64,000 nucleotides of DNA from an uncultured Planctomycetaceae bacterium (GTDB lineage: Bacteria > Planctomycetota > Planctomycetia > Pirellulales > UBA1268), in contig CAIXGY010000139.1 in the NCBI GenBank assembly GCA_903919035.1, positions 6,144 to 70,143 of the forward strand, read 5' to 3'. Positions 38,622 to 47,286 of this stretch are shown in pieces (position 1 is the stretch's first letter; the number at the start of each line of letters is the position of its first letter). A program made the position numbers and the translations under genes. The notes below the pieces were generated by a model. That model ran no database searches. It saw only the letters and a program-made list of their open reading frames with translations, and was not told where the DNA came from.

Positions 38622-38670
38622 AAAACAGCGAGGGGGCCGGACGAACGGTCGTCCGGCCCCCTCTGTTTTC
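38622..38670. terminator. bidirectional intrinsic terminator between the TolC-like and YTV genes
   Basis: Perfect 15-bp stem GAGGGGGCCGGACGA (38630-44) / TCGTCCGGCCCCCTC (38649-63) with loop ACGG. Flanked by AAAACAG upstream and TGTTTTC downstream, in the 94-nt gap between convergent stops. Confidence 0.8.
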
Positions 38671-38699
38671 ACGTCACCGGCCGGGTGGCCGGCACCGGC

Positions 38700-40511
38700 T
38701 TACCGGCAGCAGCGACGGCAGCCACGCAGGCAGCCGCAGCCACGCTTGGCACCGCAGCCACCGCAGGCACCGGCAGCGGCACCGCTGTCGCCACAGGCAC
38801 CGGCATCGCCGCACGCACCGGCAGCACCGCCGCAGGCGTCAACGGGCACCTCGACGGCGACCGTCACGCACTTCTGCACTGGCACTTCCTTCGTCACCTG
38901 ATGCGGGACGCGGACCGTGTAGCTCTCGGTCTTCGTCTCGGGAACGCAGTCGTACACCGTGACGGAGTACTTCTGCTCGTTCTGCTGCGGGACCATGACC
39001 GTGTAGGAAACCTCCTTGGTCATCGTCTCGGGCACGCACTTCGTGACCGTGTACTCGCGGGTGCGAGTCTCGGTCTTGTACTTGGTGACGCTGACCGAAC
39101 GGGTCTTCGTCTCCGGAACGTGCTTGGTCACCGTGTAGGTGCGGGTCCGCTCTTCCGGCACGCAGGTCGTGACGGTGTAGGTGCGGGTCCGCTCCTCGGG
39201 ACGGTGCTTCGTCACGCTGACGGTCCGGGTCTTCGTCTCGGGCACGCACTTCGTGACCGTGTAGGTCCGGGTGCGCTCCTCCGACTTGTACTTGGTGACG
39301 GAGACCTTGCGGGTCTTCGTCTCCGGCACGTACTTGGTGACCGTGTAGGTCCGCTCACGCTGCTCGGGGCGGCAGCTGGTGACCGTGTAGGTCCGCTGGC
39401 GCTCCTCGCTGCGATACTTCGTCACGTTGACCGTCCGGCTGCGCTGCTCCTGGCGGCACTTGGTGACGTTCACCGTGTGGGGAACCTCCTCGGTCACGCA
39501 CTGGTAGGTGGTGACGGGAACTTCCTTCGTCTCACACGTGGGCACCCAGACCCGCTTGCAGCACACCTTCGACGGGCACGGGCAGCCGCAGGCGTCGACG
39601 CCGCCGCCGACCTCGACCTGCTCGGTCGCCCAGTGGCCACCGCGGACCTGCACCGTGCGGGAACCCTGCACCGGCACCCGCTTCGTGACGGTGTGCGAGT
39701 GGGTGACCTGCTCGGTGTAGGGCACGTTGACCGTGTAGGTCTGCTCGACCTGCTCGGTGTAGGGAACGCTGACCGTGTAGGTGGAAACCTTCTCCTCGGA
39801 GACAGGCACCATCACCGTGTAGGTGGCGGTCTTCTGCTCCTGGACCGGCACGTTCACCGTGTAGGTCTGCTCGACCTCCTCGGTGTACGGGACCTGGACC
39901 GTGTAGGTCGAGGTCTTCTCCTCCGGCACGCTCGTCATCACCGTGTAGGTCTGCTCGACCTGCTCGGTGTAGGGAACGCTGACCGTGTAGGTCGAGGTCC
40001 GCTCCTCGGTCTTCGGGACCATCACCGTGTAGGTGGCGGTCTTCTCCTCGGACACGGGAACCATCACCGTGTAGGTCTGCTCGACCTGCTCGGTGTAGGG
40101 AACCTGGACGGTGTACTCGGCCGTCTTGGTCTCCGTGACGTTCTTGTTGACCGTGTAGTTCACGGTCTTCGTCTTCGTCTCGGGAACCATGACCGTCACC
40201 ATCCGGGACCGCTCCTCGGTCCGCGGCACCCGCTTGTTGACCGTGTAGGTCCGCTCGCGGGTCTCCGTCGTGTACTCCGTGGCAGTGACCGTCTTCATCT
40301 CGGTCACATACTGCCGCTGGTACACGGTCCGAGTGCCACCGCAGGCGGCACCGGCATCGCCACAACCACCGCAGGCGTCGCCACTGACGACGGCGCCCTC
40401 ACAACCACCGGCGCACCCGCCACAGTTCCCGCAATCCTTCGCCCACGTGCTCGTGCACAGGGCGACGACGGCGAGGACCGGCAGAACGCAGGAGAACATC
40501 TTGCGCACCAC
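38700..40511 (-). CDS. YTV-repeat, Cys-rich secreted (cell-envelope type) protein
   Basis: Track ORF 38700..40538. GTG 40511 lies 5 nt after GGAGG (40517-21); the alternative ATG is at 40499. Signal ..RKMFSCVLPVLAVVALCTSTWA. 20 exact YTV tripeptides by my count. The coding strand is confirmed by ACC TAC ACG GTG codons (G/C third positions). Confidence 0.85.
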   Translation of the reverse strand: MVRKMFSCVLPVLAVVALCTSTWAKDCGNCGGCAGGCEGAVVSGDACGGCGDAGAACGGTRTVYQRQYVTEMKTVTATEYTTETRERTYTVNKRVPRTEERSRMVTVMVPETKTKTVNYTVNKNVTETKTAEYTVQVPYTEQVEQTYTVMVPVSEEKTATYTVMVPKTEERTSTYTVSVPYTEQVEQTYTVMTSVPEEKTSTYTVQVPYTEEVEQTYTVNVPVQEQKTATYTVMVPVSEEKVSTYTVSVPYTEQVEQTYTVNVPYTEQVTHSHTVTKRVPVQGSRTVQVRGGHWATEQVEVGGGVDACGCPCPSKVCCKRVWVPTCETKEVPVTTYQCVTEEVPHTVNVTKCRQEQRSRTVNVTKYRSEERQRTYTVTSCRPEQRERTYTVTKYVPETKTRKVSVTKYKSEERTRTYTVTKCVPETKTRTVSVTKHRPEERTRTYTVTTCVPEERTRTYTVTKHVPETKTRSVSVTKYKTETRTREYTVTKCVPETMTKEVSYTVMVPQQNEQKYSVTVYDCVPETKTESYTVRVPHQVTKEVPVQKCVTVAVEVPVDACGGAAGACGDAGACGDSGAAAGACGGCGAKRGCGCLRGCRRCCR

Positions 40512-40858
40512 GCAAACCTCCAGAAGTGAAAAGAACACAGGGAAGCAATCGAGCAGGTTTTTCTCGAACGCGCCCGAACGTCGGTCGGTCGAAGAGACCC
40601 TTCTCTTGCGACGACCGAACGACTCGGCCGCCTGATAAGATGGAAAGACTACGTTGACTTATCCGGCTTGCAAGCGATGGGGGGGCGCCAAGCCCTTTTT
40701 TTCCAGCGGCCTGGGAAAACCCCGCCGTTCCACGGGATGCCCGCCGAACGCGAACCCATTTTTTCGGCTATTTTTGTGGTTTTTGGGGGCGGACACCTGG
40801 CGGCGGCCGCGGCGGCCCGCCTGCCGCCGACCGTCACCACATCCGGGGATGGCCGCGG

Positions 40859-41773
40859 TTACGAACGGCTCCGGGGCGGAGCGAACACGGCGCCGGTCGC
40901 CCGCGACAGGAGCCAGAGCGTGCCGAGGGGCAGCACGATCGTGGAGAGGGTGAAGTAGATGGCGAGATTCACGACCGACTCGCCCACCCCGGAGAGCGAC
41001 TCGTAGATCTGCCGCGCCCGGTCGCCGACGCCGTCGAGTGGGTTGTAGCGCTCGTACCACGGCCGGCCCGCCTCGTCGGCATCGGATCGCTCGATGCGCT
41101 CGGTCGTGGCCGCGACCGCCTCCGTCGCCGCCTGATAGTTGGATTCGAGGAACCGATCGGCCACCCAGGCATCGATGGCGCCAGCGGCCGGCAATGCCAG
41201 TCGCGCGAACAGCGCGAGGCCGAAGAGCCTGCGCCCCCAGGCCATGAGCGCGGCCCGCGTCGACCCACCGCAGGCCGCGGCGGCTGCAAGCATCGCGAGC
41301 GCCGGCAGGAAGAGCCGCCAGCCAAGTGCCTTCGTGACCTGCATCCCCAGCCGCTGCACGCCGAGCGCGGTCGTGCTCGTGAGCAGCAGGGCCGCGTACT
41401 GCTCGACGAGATCATTCACCGGGTCGAGCGCCTGGCCGATCCCCAGACTGCCGCCGGGGCCGAAACTGAAGCTCACCTCCGAACTCTGCGCGAGCGAGAT
41501 GGCACTGTCGAGCCCCCTGGTCGCCGCCAGCGCGCCGAGCGTGCGGGTGAATGCCCGCTCGATCCAGGCTTCGCCCCGCACGTCGACCGCGGGACCGATG
41601 GCGAGTACGACGACCGCCGCGATCACGGCCACGACCACAGACCGCGCGACGGGCTCGCGGAACCTGGCCGGCAGAACACCCAGCCAGACGCCTTGGTTCA
41701 GATCGCGGATCCAGCGGTCGATGCCGTCGGTCGGTTCCGGCGGCGCTCCTGCGGGCTGGTGCATGAGATTCAT
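40859..41773 (-). CDS. hypothetical membrane protein (304 aa)
   Basis: Track ORF 40859..41962 trimmed to [10 protein letters not shown] (CAT 41771-41773). Several hydrophobic helices ([55 protein letters not shown]). Confidence 0.5.
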   Translation of the reverse strand: MNLMHQPAGAPPEPTDGIDRWIRDLNQGVWLGVLPARFREPVARSVVVAVIAAVVVLAIGPAVDVRGEAWIERAFTRTLGALAATRGLDSAISLAQSSEVSFSFGPGGSLGIGQALDPVNDLVEQYAALLLTSTTALGVQRLGMQVTKALGWRLFLPALAMLAAAAACGGSTRAALMAWGRRLFGLALFARLALPAAGAIDAWVADRFLESNYQAATEAVAATTERIERSDADEAGRPWYERYNPLDGVGDRARQIYESLSGVGESVVNLAIYFTLSTIVLPLGTLWLLSRATGAVFAPPRSRS

Positions 41774-42046
41774 CCCGGGGGTGAGCGAACGGGGCGGCAC
41801 CGCGACGCGGCAGCCGCCGTGATTCGTCCCCTTCATCGTGCCGTGAGCCGGAACGAATGGTCGAGTCCGGATTCCCCGGGGGCGGGAGCGAGCTCGCCGG
41901 CTCTGGCGGCCTCTCGACCATCCTGGGAGTTCTCCGGCCGGCTTCTTCGTGGTGGCCACCACGAGGTGTTTTCATCCGGGCGACGACCCCGTTATCTTGC
42001 GCGTGAACGCGTGCCTTCGGATCACCCGTCCCTCGGAGCCTCTGTC

Positions 42047-43609
42047 ATGCCCCGCGCCCGTGCGACGTTCATGTCCTGCATCGCGATCCTCACCGGCGTG
42101 GCGGTGGCCCGCGCCGACGTGTCGCTGAACAACATGTTCGGCGACCACATGGTGCTCCAGCAGGGCATGAAGAACAAAGTCTGGGGCAAGGCGGATCCCG
42201 GTGAGTCGGTGACGGTGTCCTTCGCCGGCCAACGCCACGCGACGACCGCCGGACCCGACGGCTCGTGGCACGTCTTCCTCGATCCCGTCGCCGAGTACGG
42301 CGGCCCCCACGTGCTCGCGATCCAGGGCCGAAACCGGATCGCCTTCGAGGACGTGCTCATCGGGGAGGTCTGGATCTGCTCGGGCCAGTCGAACATGCAA
42401 TGGAGCGTCAAACAGGTCAACGATCCCGACCTCGAAAAGGCCGCGGCGAAGTTCCCGCTCATCCGCCTGGTGTCGGTGCCGCAAGTCGGCACCCAGGAAC
42501 CCCGCTGGAACTTCGACGGGAAGTGGCAGGTGTGCTCGCCGGAGACCGTGGGCGACTTCTCGGCCGTGGGCTACTTCTTCGGCCGGCAGTTGCACCAGAC
42601 ACTCGGGGTGCCGGTGGGGCTCGTCGACAATGCCTGGGGCGGCAGTTCCGCCGAGGCGTGGGTGAAGCGCGACAAACTGGCCGCCCACGAGACGCTGAAG
42701 GCTCTCCACGAGCGGTGGCTGAAGCAGGAGGCCGACATCGCGACCGCGGTCAAGGACTTTCCCGTGAAACTGGAGTCTTGGAAGGCGGCCGCCGCGAAGG
42801 CGAAGGCCGAGGGCAAGCCCGCGCCCGACCAGCCGAAGAAGCCCGACGAGGGCGCGCTCAAGGGCAATCACCGCCCGGGCAACGTCCACGCGGGCGTGCT
42901 CACCCCGTCGATCGGCTACGGCATCCGCGGCGTGATCTGGTATCAGGGCGAGTCGAACGCCGGCAGGGCCCACCAATACCGCACGCTTTTCCCCTTCATG
43001 ATCGCGTCGTGGCGAGAGGAATGGGGCCAGGGCGACTTCCCCTTCTATTGGGTGCAACTCGCCGACTTCAAGGCGGAGAAGCCGGAGCCCGGCGACAGCG
43101 ACTGGGCCGAACTCCGCGAGGCTCAGACCATGACGATGCAGGCGCTGCCACAGACCGGTGAGGCGGTGATCATCGACGTCGGCGAGGGCCGCGACATCCA
43201 TCCGCGGAACAAGCAGGACGTCGCCAAGCGGCTCGCCCGCTGGGCGCTCGCCGAGACCTACAAGGTGCCCGACATCGTCTGCCGCAGCCCGCGCTACAAG
43301 GCCATGGAGACCGCCGGGGCAAAGATCATCCTGTCGTTCGACCATGTGGCCGGCGGCTGGAGGCCGTTCGACGTCCCCGAGCCCATCGGCTTCACGATCG
43401 CCGGTGAGGACCGAACGTTCGTCCCCGCGCAGGCGAAGATCCTCAAGGACGGTCGGATCGAGGTCTGGAGCGATGCCGTCGCCGCGCCGGTCGCCGTCCG
43501 CTACGCCTGGGCCGACAATCCGGTCTGCAACATGTACTCCGAGGCCGGACTGCCGCTGACGCCCTTCCGCACCGACGACTTCCCGGGCGTCACGGTCGGC
43601 AAGCAGTAA
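42047..43609 (+). CDS. sialate O-acetylesterase-like SGNH esterase
   Basis: Track ORF 41693..43609 trimmed to ATG 42047 ([23 protein letters not shown] signal). Has [11 protein letters not shown] and the catalytic block [12 protein letters not shown]. Confidence 0.85.
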   Translation: MPRARATFMSCIAILTGVAVARADVSLNNMFGDHMVLQQGMKNKVWGKADPGESVTVSFAGQRHATTAGPDGSWHVFLDPVAEYGGPHVLAIQGRNRIAFEDVLIGEVWICSGQSNMQWSVKQVNDPDLEKAAAKFPLIRLVSVPQVGTQEPRWNFDGKWQVCSPETVGDFSAVGYFFGRQLHQTLGVPVGLVDNAWGGSSAEAWVKRDKLAAHETLKALHERWLKQEADIATAVKDFPVKLESWKAAAAKAKAEGKPAPDQPKKPDEGALKGNHRPGNVHAGVLTPSIGYGIRGVIWYQGESNAGRAHQYRTLFPFMIASWREEWGQGDFPFYWVQLADFKAEKPEPGDSDWAELREAQTMTMQALPQTGEAVIIDVGEGRDIHPRNKQDVAKRLARWALAETYKVPDIVCRSPRYKAMETAGAKIILSFDHVAGGWRPFDVPEPIGFTIAGEDRTFVPAQAKILKDGRIEVWSDAVAAPVAVRYAWADNPVCNMYSEAGLPLTPFRTDDFPGVTVGKQ

Positions 43610-43697
43610 TACGGATTCCTCCTGATCCTCGCGCGTCACCGCCTGTGCATGTGCCGACAAAACGGGTACCTTTTCCTCCCGGTTTTCGCCGCACCGC

Positions 43698-44996
43698 ATG
43701 GAGGTCTCGCACGTGACCAGGGGATGCTTCGCTCGTCGTTTCGACCGCCTCTGCCCGGTCGTGATCCTGCCCGTCGTCGTCGCCGTCGTGGGCTGTTCGG
43801 CAGGTGAAGGCCCGCGCTCGATCGGCAGCCGCCGCATGCCGGCCGCCGAACCCGAACTCGTGGCCGCCACGACGTCGGCGAATCCGTCGTCGACCGATGC
43901 CTCGCACCGCACGATCAAGCCCGTGCCGGAGGTCGTGAGCCGACCGAAACCGTTCCGCGTGCCGACCCGCCTGGTGGTGGAGCCGGCCGGCTTGCCGGCG
44001 CTCGAGGCCAACCCCCACGCGGATGCCGCTCGGCAGCCGCGGTTCGTCGAGGTGCCTGCGACGCCTGCGCCGCTGGCCGTGCCGCAGCCGTCGCAGGCCG
44101 GCACTCCGGTCGAGGGCGAGATCCGCGACATGCTGCGCAGCTACCTGCGGGCGTTCAACCGTCACGACGCGACCGCGCTTGCCGCCCACTGGAGCCCGGC
44201 GGGCGAGGCGGTGGATCTCGACAGCGGCGAAACGACGTCGGGCCGCGAGGCCGTCCGCGAGGTCTTCGCCGCACTGTTCGCCGAGGACGACGCCGCCACG
44301 ATCGACATCGACGTCACCGCGGTCCGTCCGCTTCGCGACGACGTGGCCGTGGTGGACGGCGTCACCCGAGTGGCCTTTGCCGACGGCCTGCCCGCCGGCA
44401 GTCGCTTCAGCGCCGTGGTCGCGCGGGAGGGGGGTCGCTGGCTCATCGAGAGCGTCCGCGAGGCCGCCCAGCCGACTGCCACGGGGATCCGTCGGCCGCT
44501 CGACGATCTCGCCTGGCTCGTGGGCTCGTGGGAAGACGCCGGCGCCGGCGTGACCGCCGGAACGCAGTGCTTCTGGAGCGCCGGCCGCGCGTTTCTCGTG
44601 CGCACCCATTCCGTGCGGCCCGACGCGGCGGCCGAACCGCGGGCCGTCGCGGTGGATCACGCCGCCCCCGCCCTGCTCCCGCCGGGCGATGCGGCGCCCC
44701 GCGAACTCACGGAGATCATCGGGTGGGATGCCGATCGTGGCGCGATCCGCTCATGGTTGTTCACCTCTGCCGGCAGGTTTGCCGAGGCCACGTGGAGTCG
44801 TGCCGCCGACGGCCGATCGTGGACGATCCGGGTCGAGGGCCGCGGCCGCGACGAGGGTGCCACCTGCACCTGCTCGGTCTCCGCCGATGGTGCCGACGCC
44901 ATGGCGATGACCTGCGATTCCGACGCGCTGGCCGGCCTGTTGCCACCCGCCTGTGGCTTCCTGCGGACGACCCGACTCGACGTCCCGGCCGAGTGA
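43698..44996 (+). CDS. lipoprotein with SnoaL/DUF4440-like (NTF2 fold) domain
   Basis: Lipobox VVAVVGCS. Central IRDMLRSYLRAFNRHDATALAAHWSPAGEAVD...GGRWLIESVRE resembles NTF2-like/DUF4440 domains. The C-terminal domain is unknown. Confidence 0.55.
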   Translation: MEVSHVTRGCFARRFDRLCPVVILPVVVAVVGCSAGEGPRSIGSRRMPAAEPELVAATTSANPSSTDASHRTIKPVPEVVSRPKPFRVPTRLVVEPAGLPALEANPHADAARQPRFVEVPATPAPLAVPQPSQAGTPVEGEIRDMLRSYLRAFNRHDATALAAHWSPAGEAVDLDSGETTSGREAVREVFAALFAEDDAATIDIDVTAVRPLRDDVAVVDGVTRVAFADGLPAGSRFSAVVAREGGRWLIESVREAAQPTATGIRRPLDDLAWLVGSWEDAGAGVTAGTQCFWSAGRAFLVRTHSVRPDAAAEPRAVAVDHAAPALLPPGDAAPRELTEIIGWDADRGAIRSWLFTSAGRFAEATWSRAADGRSWTIRVEGRGRDEGATCTCSVSADGADAMAMTCDSDALAGLLPPACGFLRTTRLDVPAE

Positions 44997-45976
44997 TGCG
45001 CCGGCACCTCGATGTCGCAGCCAACGCGTTTCCGCTCTGGGTGCTCGCGGCCTGCGGGTTGGCCTTCCTGTGGCCCGCGACCTTCGACTGGTTCAAGGGG
45101 CCGTGGATCACGTGTGGCCTGGCCCTCATCATGCTCGGCATGGGCCTCACGCTCACGCTCGACGACTTCGCCCGGGTGGCGACACAGCCGGGAGCGGTGG
45201 CCGCGGGATGCGCGGCCCAGTATCTGATCATGCCGCTGGCCGGCTGGGCGGTCGCCACGTCGCTCGGCCTGGAGCCGCCGTTCGCCGTGGGATTGATCCT
45301 CGTCGGGTGCTGCCCCGGTGGCACCGCGTCGAACGTGGTCACCTACCTCGCGCGGGCCGACGTGCCGCTGTCGGTGATCATGACCGCTTGCTCGACCGCC
45401 GCCGCCGTCGTGCTGACACCGCTGCTCACGAAACTCCTCGCCGGGCGACTCGTCGACGTCGACGCCGCGGGGCTGTTGGCTTCGACCCTCCAGGTGGTGG
45501 TGGCCCCGGTGGCCGCCGGCATGACGGCCAAACGCTTCTTCCCGGCGGCCGTGCGGGCCGTGCAGCCGGTAGCGCCCTTGGCGAGTGTCGTCACGATCGC
45601 GCTGGTGTGTGGCAGCGTGATCGCACAGAACGCCGCGGCCGTGCAGGCAAGCGGGCCGCTGGTGCTCGGCGCCGTCGTCATCCTCCACGCGGTCGGCTTC
45701 GGCCTCGGCTATGCGGCCGCGCGGCTGCTCGGCCACGACCGGCGGGTGGCCCGCACGATCTCGATCGAGGTCGGCATGCAAAACTCGGGGCTCGGCGTGG
45801 TGCTCGCCCAGCGGCACTTTCCCACCGAGCCGCTCACCGCGGTGCCCTGCGCCATCTCCGCGGTGACGCACTCCGTGCTCGGCAGCCTGCTCGCCGGGCT
45901 CTGGCGGCTGCTCCCCGTCGAAGCGGCAGCGACTACCGCTTCTTGGTCGGGGTCGTCGCCATCTGCGGACGCTTGA
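44996..45976 (+). CDS. bile acid:sodium symporter (BASS) family transporter
   Basis: Track ORF 44528..45976 trimmed to ATG 44996 (TGATG 1-nt overlap with the upstream stop). Motifs ILVGCCPGGTASNV and SIEVGMQNSGLG. Confidence 0.85.
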   Translation: MRRHLDVAANAFPLWVLAACGLAFLWPATFDWFKGPWITCGLALIMLGMGLTLTLDDFARVATQPGAVAAGCAAQYLIMPLAGWAVATSLGLEPPFAVGLILVGCCPGGTASNVVTYLARADVPLSVIMTACSTAAAVVLTPLLTKLLAGRLVDVDAAGLLASTLQVVVAPVAAGMTAKRFFPAAVRAVQPVAPLASVVTIALVCGSVIAQNAAAVQASGPLVLGAVVILHAVGFGLGYAAARLLGHDRRVARTISIEVGMQNSGLGVVLAQRHFPTEPLTAVPCAISAVTHSVLGSLLAGLWRLLPVEAAATTASWSGSSPSADA

Positions 45977-47123
45977 CGAAATAGACTTTGGGGTCGTCGA
46001 TGACCCACGGCGTGCTCCAGGTCTTGCCGTCGTCCCGCGAGCAGACGTTGAAGAAGTAGGTCTTCACCAGCTCGGTGCGATACCCGTATGGGTATTGCGA
46101 GGTGATGTGGTCATCCATGGTGAGGGCGTCCACACCGGGGCTCGCGAAGTAGTGCACCATGCCGTCGGGTGAGAACGAGAGTCCCAGCGTCCACCAGCCG
46201 AGTTCCGTGATTCGCGGGCCCATGACCTCACCGCCGTTGCGGCCGCCGCGGACCCGCAGGAAGGCGCCGTCCTGCTTGAACCGCTTCTCGTGGCTGCTTT
46301 CGAAGCAGATGAACATCCCAGGCCAGTATTCCTCGAGCCCCCAACGGCCTTCCTGCGGATGGTCGTCGCCGGTGATGATCGCATGGGTGTAGCACCCGGC
46401 CCGAAAGCCGAATGACGGACCGCTGCGGTTCTCCCACTGCTCGAACGGCGGCAGGTAGACCCGCACGACCACGCTCGGACTGTCGGCCACCGACATGCCG
46501 CGACCGGCCACCCGCATGAGATTGAAGACGAGATCGTCCTGCTGCATTTGGTGGGTGACGCGGTTGGGAATGCCGGCGTGCAGTGTGGAGATGAGCAGGC
46601 CGTGGGCGCTGCCCTCGATGCCCTGCGCGGGCAACTCGATCCGTTTCACCACGTCGGGCGTGCCGCGCTTCGGCCCCTCGAACCAATTGCCGTCGCGAGT
46701 GCGGCCGGTCGGTGCCCGCAACCGCTTGTCCTGCTCTTCAGAGCTCTTGGGATGGTTGTAGTACCACTGCCAATTCTCGGCCTCGAAGTCGTCACCGCCC
46801 CCCTTCACGACCGATCCCGTGCCCGGAACGAGCACCGGCTTCTTCGGCGGTGCCTTCGCGACGGCCGGGGCGGGCTTGGCGGGTTGCGCCGCCGGCCTGG
46901 CCGGCACGGCGGTCTTCTCCGCGGTGGCGGGCCGGGGTTCGTCAGCCGGTGTCGTCTCCGCGGCCTTCGGCGACTCGATGGAGTCGGGTGCCGCGGCCGT
47001 CGCGCTGACCGGTGCGACGTCCGTCACCTCGAGCAGCATCTTCTCGATGTCCCCAGCCACGGCGATGCCGGCCGTGGCTGCCAAGGCGACGACGAGACCG
47101 AACGACGCGTGACGCACGAGCAT
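45933..47123 (-). CDS. secreted hypothetical protein (Pro/Ala linker + ~270-aa globular domain)
   Basis: 396 aa. Signal MLVRHASFGLVVALAATAGIAVAG, then a PA-rich linker, then a Trp/Tyr-rich domain (ENWQWYYNHP, GWWTLGLSFSPDG, KTWSTPWVIDDPKVYF). Confidence 0.6.
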   Translation of the reverse strand: MLVRHASFGLVVALAATAGIAVAGDIEKMLLEVTDVAPVSATAAAPDSIESPKAAETTPADEPRPATAEKTAVPARPAAQPAKPAPAVAKAPPKKPVLVPGTGSVVKGGGDDFEAENWQWYYNHPKSSEEQDKRLRAPTGRTRDGNWFEGPKRGTPDVVKRIELPAQGIEGSAHGLLISTLHAGIPNRVTHQMQQDDLVFNLMRVAGRGMSVADSPSVVVRVYLPPFEQWENRSGPSFGFRAGCYTHAIITGDDHPQEGRWGLEEYWPGMFICFESSHEKRFKQDGAFLRVRGGRNGGEVMGPRITELGWWTLGLSFSPDGMVHYFASPGVDALTMDDHITSQYPYGYRTELVKTYFFNVCSRDDGKTWSTPWVIDDPKVYFVKRPQMATTPTKKR

Positions 47124-47286
47124 GGCGGATCCCCCGCAGAAAGGCCGCCGAAACCGCGGCTACCACGGGTGGTATCGGTTCGGCCGCGACGGCCCTTGCA
47201 CGCGGGCATCGCTCGACCGTCGAAACCGGCGCGGATCCCGCCGCCTCTGCACCTTCCGCCGTCGGCCACCGCTTGCGCAGTTTTCC

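Noticed and set aside
36299-38623. 774-aa minus-strand ORF
   Set aside because: It is antisense to the TolC-like gene and has no motifs. The plus frame has the lipoprotein signal and OEP repeats.
38900-40300. Periodic DNA repeats (CACCGTGTAGGT recurring every ~40-70 nt), considered as a CRISPR array or satellite
   Set aside because: The repeats are short, unevenly spaced and in frame with the YTV codons. There is no constant repeat/unique spacer architecture, no leader and no cas genes.
38685-40529. 614-aa plus-strand ORF with striking HRVG/LLDLLGVG periodic repeats
   Set aside because: It is the antisense shadow of the YTV gene. Its repeat codons (CAC CGT GTA GGT) have A/T-rich third positions, whereas the minus-strand reading (ACC TAC ACG GTG) has G/C third positions and a signal peptide.
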